Shown: positions 57,944 through 64,000 of the stretch, one piece after another
How positions within the stretch are numbered: position 1 is the first letter of the stretch
How the letters are laid out: each line of letters begins with the position of its first letter
Source: Armatimonadota bacterium
GTDB lineage: Bacteria > Armatimonadota > SYMT01
DNA length: 64,000 nt
Direction: 5' to 3'
NCBI GenBank assembly: GCA_041690135.1
Contig: JAWLHY010000010.1
Location: 1 to 64,000 of the forward strand
Notes under the pieces: generated by a model
What the model was told of the DNA's origin: nothing
What the model saw: the letters and a program-made list of their open reading frames with translations, nothing else
Databases searched by the model: none
Program-made: the position numbers and the translations under genes

Positions 57944-58389
57944 AACCCTTGCGCAGTTGGCTACTCGTGGTGCTGGCCGCAATCATTGGCCTTGGCGCTG
58001 GCATCGCGGGTGTCGTGCTCCTCAACTGCCTCGGAGCCGAGTTGTACCTCCACCGCCACTATTCAGATGAATACTCACCCAACCCCGACCACGTGCCACT
58101 GGGCCTGGTGTTCGGCAGCACCACGGCTGTGGTGCTGTTGGGGTGGGTCGTCGCTCCGGGTCCTGCGCTCACGAAAGGAATAGGGTGGCTTTTCCCCCTG
58201 AACGGCCAGTGGTTGAAGGGACTCCTGGCGCCGTTGCTCTGGATGGTTACGCTGGCGGCCCTGTTCATTCTCGACGAGGCAAGGGCACTGGGAACACCGG
58301 TTGGGCTGACGCTACTAACCGGAATCTGGGTCTGCCTGGTCCGGGGCGGCATTCGCCACTGGTCGGAGGTGAGCCGCCGTGATACCTGA
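57940..58389 (+). CDS. small 4-TM hypothetical protein
   Basis: ATGA coupling to the ankyrin gene; hydrophobic; FPLNGQW..LLAP motif shared with the next gene. Confidence 0.75.
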   Translation: MKPLRSWLLVVLAAIIGLGAGIAGVVLLNCLGAELYLHRHYSDEYSPNPDHVPLGLVFGSTTAVVLLGWVVAPGPALTKGIGWLFPLNGQWLKGLLAPLLWMVTLAALFILDEARALGTPVGLTLLTGIWVCLVRGGIRHWSEVSRRDT

Positions 58390-58879
58390 ACCGCAAGATC
58401 AGCCACCGGCCCCCGAGCGCCGTGCCCTCCGCACCGCCGGCCTTTTCCTGTTGGGTATGCTCGCGGGACCTACCGTGCTGGGGTTGTGGAGCCTGCTTCC
58501 CATCGGCGGATATTCCGGGTCCGACCTGGCATCCTGGTGGGAGTGGGGCGGCATCCTGCTGGCGCCCCTGGGACTGCTCTACGGTCCCCTGTTCACCACC
58601 CTCATCGACCGCTGGGTACGGACTGCGCCGGAAAGTGCCGCCACCTTGCCCCGGAACGCCGCGCCTTTCCTACCCTTCCGTGGCCGCTGGGCGCGGTACT
58701 TTCTGGCCCCGGTGCTCTTCACCGCTGCGCATGGAGTGCTTTTCGGGCTGCTTCACGTCGGCGCGGTAGTCGGCGGAGGGACCTCACTTCTGGCAGCATC
58801 ACTCGTGTTGTGGTTCTTCCTGCTGGTGTTCACCGCGATCTATTGCAGCAGGTGCGCCTCATCCAATCGGAACGGGTAA
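58379..58879 (+). CDS. small 4-TM hypothetical protein
   Basis: hydrophobic ORF; its 3' half is duplicated at 61837-62030 with mostly synonymous or conservative changes. Confidence 0.75.
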   Translation: MIPEPQDQPPAPERRALRTAGLFLLGMLAGPTVLGLWSLLPIGGYSGSDLASWWEWGGILLAPLGLLYGPLFTTLIDRWVRTAPESAATLPRNAAPFLPFRGRWARYFLAPVLFTAAHGVLFGLLHVGAVVGGGTSLLAASLVLWFFLLVFTAIYCSRCASSNRNG

Positions 58880-58908
58880 GCAACCGGTGCTTTTGCCGGT
58901 CAGCTCCC

Positions 58909-60612
58909 TTAAGGGCTCGGCTCCAAACCAGGACGAGAAGCGGGTCCTCTGCCATCGGGCCCCACGGACCACTGCCAGGAGGGACCGAAGTTACTCTGCC
59001 CACGGATCGATAGGGCCCACCTCTCCATAGCTCCGTCTGGGGAACCCACCTTCGCCGGTAGGATGCGGAAGACCAGATCGCGCTGCTTCTCTTCGTCCAC
59101 CGCGCCTACCCACGCCAGCAGGGTGCGACCCAGGTACGCGCGCACCAGTTGCGGATCCGCCTGTGAGAGCGGCAACCCACGTTCCGAAGTCACCTGAGCC
59201 TTCTGTGGGTCCGGTAATCGCCGATAGAAGCGCAGGCAGGCGGGTGCACCCGTACCGTCCTCATGTCCCGCGACCAGGAGTCCAGCGGCGGCCGGGCAGA
59301 TCCCCGTGTCCAACAACTTGCGAAGCTGCACTTCCCGCAGGTCTGCCAGGGCCGCAAGGTCGTCCAGAGAAGCTCGGCTTTCCCCGCCCAGATCCTTCCG
59401 GAACCGGGCCAGCAGCTCGTCGGGGATATCGGCCTGGTCCTCCAGCCACCAATACTTCGCGCGGATCAGGACCGTGGTTTTCTCCGCATCGAGGAACTGC
59501 CACTCGCAGTCCCACATTCCGGCCAGTCGATCGAGGACCCGGTTCAGCGGGACCTCCCGGAATTCCAGTGGAGTGGGTAGCTCCAGGCTTGGGCGCAGGT
59601 ACCCGTCGGCGATGATGTTCAGGCGTGCCTGGTCGGCAAGGAGCGGAAGCAACTCGTCCAGCGTCCTCTTCACCGGTTTCCCGTCCGGTGGCTTTTGCGC
59701 CAACTGCACGGTCACCGGCCGTTCATCAGCGGCCGCCGCGGGCGCGGGGCTGCGAGTAGCGAAAAGGCGCTCCGGGACCTGCAAAATCGCCATGCGTACC
59801 TGCGTTAGGCCCTTACGCGTGACGAGCGCCAGCGTCAAACCGCCCAGCGGGCGCAACCCTCCCCGGACCCGGCTGAGTACGATTTGGTAGTCGTCGAGCG
59901 CGGCGTCACTGGCGCCGGCATAGGATTGCGAAACGGCCCGCAGCCAGCCCCGGACTTCGGAGCCGGCATGCGGCGGAAGGTCACCAATCCTTCGAACCAG
60001 CGTCTCCCCGGTCATCAACCGCTTCTGCTCTGCCGGCTGCAGTGCCTGTACGATCGCCGTATGGGCTACTCTCTGGTGGAGCAGTGCTTTTCGTGTCCCC
60101 GCAGGCGCAGTTTCTAACTCCTTGAGCCCGCGTTCTTTCACCCAGCGCGCTTCCTGCTCGACATGCCTGGCAAAGAGCAACTGGTCCAGATTCGCCAGCG
60201 CCGCAATTCTCTCTCGGCGGTTTCGGCTTTGTTCTAGACGCCATCCCCGACCCTCCGCGAGCTTCATCCAGAGCACGGGGCCATCTGGCTCGGCAAAGAG
60301 GAGGCGTTCCAGACCCCGCGCGACCTGTTCCAGCTTCACGTCTTGCGTGACAACGGTGACCCGCTGCCTGGCAAGATCGGCACTTGTGCTGAGTCGGACA
60401 CCGTAAGCAGTTGACGCTTGCCTCAGGAGAGACTCCAGCGTACCTCCCAGGCTCCTCAAGCTGGCGCTTTTATTTGAGGCAGGCACCGGACGCATCTCAG
60501 TGTCTGCGGAAGCCGTTCCGGGTGTCAGAATCACGAGGGCCGCCAGCATCGAAGCAACCCTCATGCGAACACATAATTGCCTGCCGTGGAATTGCGATTG
60601 AGACGTACCCAT
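58909..60612 (-). CDS. exported hypothetical protein, paralog of 15022-16776
   Basis: 567-aa ORF, signal-like N-terminus, shared blocks with the 15022-16776 product. Confidence 0.78.
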   Translation of the reverse strand: MGTSQSQFHGRQLCVRMRVASMLAALVILTPGTASADTEMRPVPASNKSASLRSLGGTLESLLRQASTAYGVRLSTSADLARQRVTVVTQDVKLEQVARGLERLLFAEPDGPVLWMKLAEGRGWRLEQSRNRRERIAALANLDQLLFARHVEQEARWVKERGLKELETAPAGTRKALLHQRVAHTAIVQALQPAEQKRLMTGETLVRRIGDLPPHAGSEVRGWLRAVSQSYAGASDAALDDYQIVLSRVRGGLRPLGGLTLALVTRKGLTQVRMAILQVPERLFATRSPAPAAAADERPVTVQLAQKPPDGKPVKRTLDELLPLLADQARLNIIADGYLRPSLELPTPLEFREVPLNRVLDRLAGMWDCEWQFLDAEKTTVLIRAKYWWLEDQADIPDELLARFRKDLGGESRASLDDLAALADLREVQLRKLLDTGICPAAAGLLVAGHEDGTGAPACLRFYRRLPDPQKAQVTSERGLPLSQADPQLVRAYLGRTLLAWVGAVDEEKQRDLVFRILPAKVGSPDGAMERWALSIRGQSNFGPSWQWSVGPDGRGPASRPGLEPSP

Positions 60613-60692
60613 TTGTCGTTAGCCCCAAGCCGTTTCGCGTGCAGCGGATGCGGGGAGTGACTGCTCGCCCCGCATCCGCTTTAGGGTGAAGA

Positions 60693-61226
60693 TCAAAAAC
60701 AGGTAAACTCTTGCCCCGTGAGGATGTGGGTGTCCGCCGTGCTAAGAATGATGATTGGACTTTGGACAGTACCATCCACTGCTGCACGTGCCGTGTTTGT
60801 TCCCGGGTTGATATCCATGTTCGTGCTTAAGCCATACCCAAAGTAGTAATGGCTTTCATCAACGAACTCAGTCTCGGGGTCGTCGGCCGTGACGTGCATT
60901 ACTACGGATGGGCCCGTTACAGATGGGTTACCGTCAAGAGATCCCTGCATCGAGCCCCAGATACCCGACTGAGAACAGGTAGGGTGTCGCGTCAGAGAAC
61001 CCCAGTAGAAGCTTTCAATCTCAATCGAGCCCTCAACCAGAACCACGTCTTCTCCATATGGCTCGAGTAACTCAGCAGTGACAGATATTCCAAGTTCCGT
61101 ATCGTTGTATTGTGCAACAACCTGATGTGCCTCGGCGGGCTTCCCCACTGGAAGCAGAGTACTGATGGCAAGTCCGAGGGACAACATGTACTTCCATTCT
61201 CTTCTGATTTGCAGTTTGACTGTCAT
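60693..61226 (-). CDS. secreted acidic hypothetical protein (lower GC)
   Basis: signal peptide ending AEA, AAGGGAG RBS. Confidence 0.7.
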   Translation of the reverse strand: MTVKLQIRREWKYMLSLGLAISTLLPVGKPAEAHQVVAQYNDTELGISVTAELLEPYGEDVVLVEGSIEIESFYWGSLTRHPTCSQSGIWGSMQGSLDGNPSVTGPSVVMHVTADDPETEFVDESHYYFGYGLSTNMDINPGTNTARAAVDGTVQSPIIILSTADTHILTGQEFTCF

Positions 61227-61508
61227 TGAATGTTATCTCCCTTGTGAGTTGCGGGTCCGACCTGCGGACCACTTCTTCGATGGCTGGCAATGGCCCCACA
61301 AAGCTTCGCCGTTGGACCAGGTTAATGCCAACCTTAGGAGACATTGAAAGCCAAGCCCGCACGGACCTTCATGACGAGTACGTATTTTTCGTGGCGAGAA
61401 TTACTTATTGAGCATCGAACGCAAGAATTTCTACTAGACACCAACAAATCCGCCCTCCTCGGGGATCTAAGTAGAGAGTCCACTCACTACCCAGAAAGGA
61501 GGCTTGCG

Positions 61509-61727
61509 ATGCAAATATATCAATATATTACAGATAAAGAGCTGGATGTTCTTCGATTGGTAGCAACGGGACATTCAAGTGAAATAATATCTCAACTACT
61601 TTACATCAGTCGACGAACAGTCGATACTCATAGATATCGAATCCGGAAAAAACTGAAGTTCAGCGGAAGCGCTACTGATTTCCGGACCTTTGCAGTAAAG
61701 TGGCTTGAAGGATCTGCGACACTTTGA
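61509..61727 (+). CDS. stand-alone LuxR/GerE-type HTH regulator
   Basis: ITDKELDVLRLVATGHSS..IS..LYISRRTVDTHRYRIRKKL; AAAGGAGG RBS; AT-rich. Confidence 0.88.
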   Translation: MQIYQYITDKELDVLRLVATGHSSEIISQLLYISRRTVDTHRYRIRKKLKFSGSATDFRTFAVKWLEGSATL

Positions 61728-61806
61728 AAGCATAGGGCCAATACACCACTGGAGAATCCAGTTGTTCGGGCGAATGGACTGGGGCAGGCGATAGCTGCCG
61801 TGTCGC

Positions 61807-62043
61807 ATGGCCTGGAGCAACATAGTCCCAACCGGCGCCACGCCATTCCTACCCTTCCGCGGCCGCTGGGCGCGATATTTTCTGGCCCCCGTGCTCTTCA
61901 CCGCTGCGTTCGGGCTGATGTACGGGCTGCTTTACGCGGGCGCGGTAGTCGGCGGAGGGACCACACTTCTGGCAGCGTTACTCGTGTTGTGGTTCTTCCT
62001 GCTGGTGTTCGCCACGATCCACTGCAACATCGCGAACCGGTAA
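61807..62043 (+). pseudogene. orphan 3'-half copy of the 58379-58879 gene
   Basis: about 25 mismatches over 192 bp by manual alignment; no 5' half. Confidence 0.7.
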
Positions 62044-62065
62044 TCGCCTCGATGAGACCGTCCGC

Positions 62066-62306
62066 TCACTGGGCGAATCGCGCAGTGCTGGCGAGTAAGC
62101 GCATCAGGACCGCCGGTTCCACCGGTTTCGCGAGGTACTCGTCAAAGCCCGCCGCCCTGCCCCGCGCGATGTCCTCGGGATGGGCGTAGCCGGAGAGCGC
62201 GATCAACCGCACTCCGGAAAGCGTGGGCTCCTGGCGCAGCGCGGCGGCCACGGAGTAGCCGTCCATCCCCGGCAGCCCGATGTCCGTCAGAACTACCTCG
62301 GGCAGG
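62066..62306 (-). pseudogene. N-terminally truncated receiver domain (hybrid-kinase C-terminus type)
   Basis: PEVVLTDIGLPGMDGY...LIALSGY...GFDEYLAKPV; first strands and a start codon are missing. Confidence 0.75.
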
Positions 62307-62480
62307 CAGGTCGGGGCGCATCGGGCTGCACTTCAGAAACCAATGAAACGGAAGGTGACGAGCCGATTTGGGGATAGCAGTTTCCCAACTTCCCCTCGTC
62401 GGCTTTCGCATCTGCACAATCTGCGGACTCATTGTCCACACTATCCCTTCAATCAGTGAAATCTGTGGCTCCCCGGTGCC

Positions 62481-63209
62481 CTACGGCAGTTCCCGGATCC
62501 GCAGGTCCCGGAACTCCGTCGGCGAGCCTTCCGACTCGAAGCAGAGCAGGCCGTTGGCCGGGTTGCAGTTCGTGCCGCCGCTCACCTCTTCGCCATTGAC
62601 CCACAGGCGCACCTCACCGTTGATCGCGCGGATGTAATAGTGGTTCCACTCGCCCGTCGGCTTGCTGAGCTGCTTCCGCGGGAAGCTGCGGCTGCCGTCC
62701 GGCGATATAGGCGGGAACGGCGTCATCTTGGAGGCCTTCGTGGGAAACACGTCGCCGTGGGTCGTGAACCAGTCCGCCTTCTTCCCCGTCTGCTTCTCGT
62801 ACTTCGCGGTGTAACCGGTGTCCAGCACCTGGACCTCGATCCCCTGCGGGAGCTGGTTTCGCTGCAGGCTCTTGATCGACTCCTCCACGCCCCAAAGGAA
62901 GATGCCGGAGTTTCCCGCATCCTTCAGGTGCCGCCAACGGGCCACCAGCTCGAAGTTCTTGTACGGCTTCTTGGACGGGGATACCCCCACCGGAATGCCG
63001 GTGCAGTCGAAGCCGTTGCCCTTCCACTTGAACGTCTCCGGGTCCACGTTCCCCTGGGTAAAGTCGTCCGCGATTAGGTCTCGCCATCCCGGTCCACTCC
63101 CATCGATAAAAGCTTTCGGCGCGGCCGTTCCCTCCGCCACGCCCCGTGCGGCCGGCACGGCCACCGCCGCCAGCCCCAACGCCCCGAACAATAACGCCAT
63201 CCCCTTCAT
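62481..63209 (-). CDS. DUF1080 (3-keto-disaccharide hydrolase-like) protein
   Basis: YKNFEL, GNSGIF, IEVQVLD, GEWNHY, LWVNG, ESEG..FRDLRIREL; GAGGAG RBS. Confidence 0.9.
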   Translation of the reverse strand: MKGMALLFGALGLAAVAVPAARGVAEGTAAPKAFIDGSGPGWRDLIADDFTQGNVDPETFKWKGNGFDCTGIPVGVSPSKKPYKNFELVARWRHLKDAGNSGIFLWGVEESIKSLQRNQLPQGIEVQVLDTGYTAKYEKQTGKKADWFTTHGDVFPTKASKMTPFPPISPDGSRSFPRKQLSKPTGEWNHYYIRAINGEVRLWVNGEEVSGGTNCNPANGLLCFESEGSPTEFRDLRIRELP

Positions 63210-63500
63210 CGCCAGATTCTCCTCAATCACTGGGCCGCGCTCCAGCCGTCTCCCAGTTCCCCAAAACCGCCCCATCCGCCTTCTCCGCCAGGATCCCACC
63301 ATCAACACGCAACCTCCACACCTTAACCCTGTGACGCTGTCCACATGCAGGTCAGGATCCGGCCCAAGCGCGGTTTGCCGTCCCTTGGATCCCCTTGCAT
63401 CTTTCCAATCTGCGTCATCTGTGGACCACTTTCGGCCCCCTCCGCTCCCCTTCCATCCTTCCAATCTCTTCAAAATCTGTGAAATCTGTGGCTCCCCCCC

Positions 63501-64000
63501 TCATCCCTCGTAGCGGCTGATACGGTAATCTGGCCGATCCGAGCGGAACAGGTCCGGGTTCAGCCGTGTGCCGAGGCCCGGACCCCGAGGCAATTCCGCC
63601 TCCCCGTTCCGGATCACCACCGGCGTGTCGATCAGGTCGGCGTAGAAGGTGCGGATATGGGCGCGGACCGACTCCTGGAAGCAACAGCCGGGGACCGCGG
63701 CATTCACATGCAGGCCCGAGAACAGCGTGAGGGGACCGGTGCAATCGTGCATCGTCACCGGCACGTTGTACGCCTGCGCCAGGTGCGCCAGCCGGACGGT
63801 CTCCGAGATCCCGCCCACCCAGGTCGGGTCGATCATCACGTAGTCCGCGCCCTGCGCCGCCAGCACCTGGGCGAAGTCCGCGCGCGAGAGCAGCATCTCG
63901 CTGATCGAGATCGGCACCCGGGCCTGCTTCCGGTACTCGGACAGCGTCTCCAGGTTATCCGTCTTCAGGATGTCCTCCAGCCACAGCGGCTGGAGCGGGC
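63501..64000 (-). CDS. mandelate racemase/muconate lactonizing enzyme family, 5' end outside the window
   Basis: PLWLEDIL, ISISEML, DPTWVGGISE, HDCTGP, PRGPGLG; frame open to the window edge. Confidence 0.88.
   Translation of the reverse strand, partial: PLQPLWLEDILKTDNLETLSEYRKQARVPISISEMLLSRADFAQVLAAQGADYVMIDPTWVGGISETVRLAHLAQAYNVPVTMHDCTGPLTLFSGLHVNAAVPGCCFQESVRAHIRTFYADLIDTPVVIRNGEAELPRGPGLGTRLNPDLFRSDRPDYRISRYEG

Noticed and set aside
58658-62030. DGR template/variable repeat pair
   Set aside because: Mismatches involve all four bases, many at third codon positions, rather than being adenine-specific; no reverse transcriptase in the window.

Overview
GC-rich bacterial chromosome segment with about 48 CDS. 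The repertoire (three DUF1501 genes, three DUF1549/DUF1553 genes, PPC, PQQ/SBBP/FG-GAP propellers, DUF1080, CE15) suggests a Planctomycetota/Armatimonadota-like organism; that is inference only. No rRNA, tRNA, CRISPR array, integrase or transposase was recognised. Recognisable genes are pyrG, tryptophanase tnaA, an RRM protein, hemolysin III, an OPA-type MFS, a SelA/DgaE-like enzyme with an amidohydrolase, a DUF433/DUF5615 TA pair, an L,D-transpeptidase with an M15 peptidase, and a cyclase-STAND-TPR gene coupled to a three-domain GT2. The most striking non-standard signals are these. (1) Up to five tandem near-consensus sigma70 promoters fire leftwards out of the window (four complete, one partial). 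(2) At least three families of 15-20 bp hairpin micro-insertions land inside other short repeats, several with flanking direct duplications. (3) Repeat-derived in-frame loops expand the same sites in paralogous DUF1553 proteins. (4) A 38-bp inverted-repeat-bounded element abuts the pyrG promoter. (5) A roughly 3 kb cargo segment is bounded by a duplicated gene 3' end. (6) A collapsed phosphofructokinase remnant is present. All family assignments come from motif recognition by eye, not from database searches.
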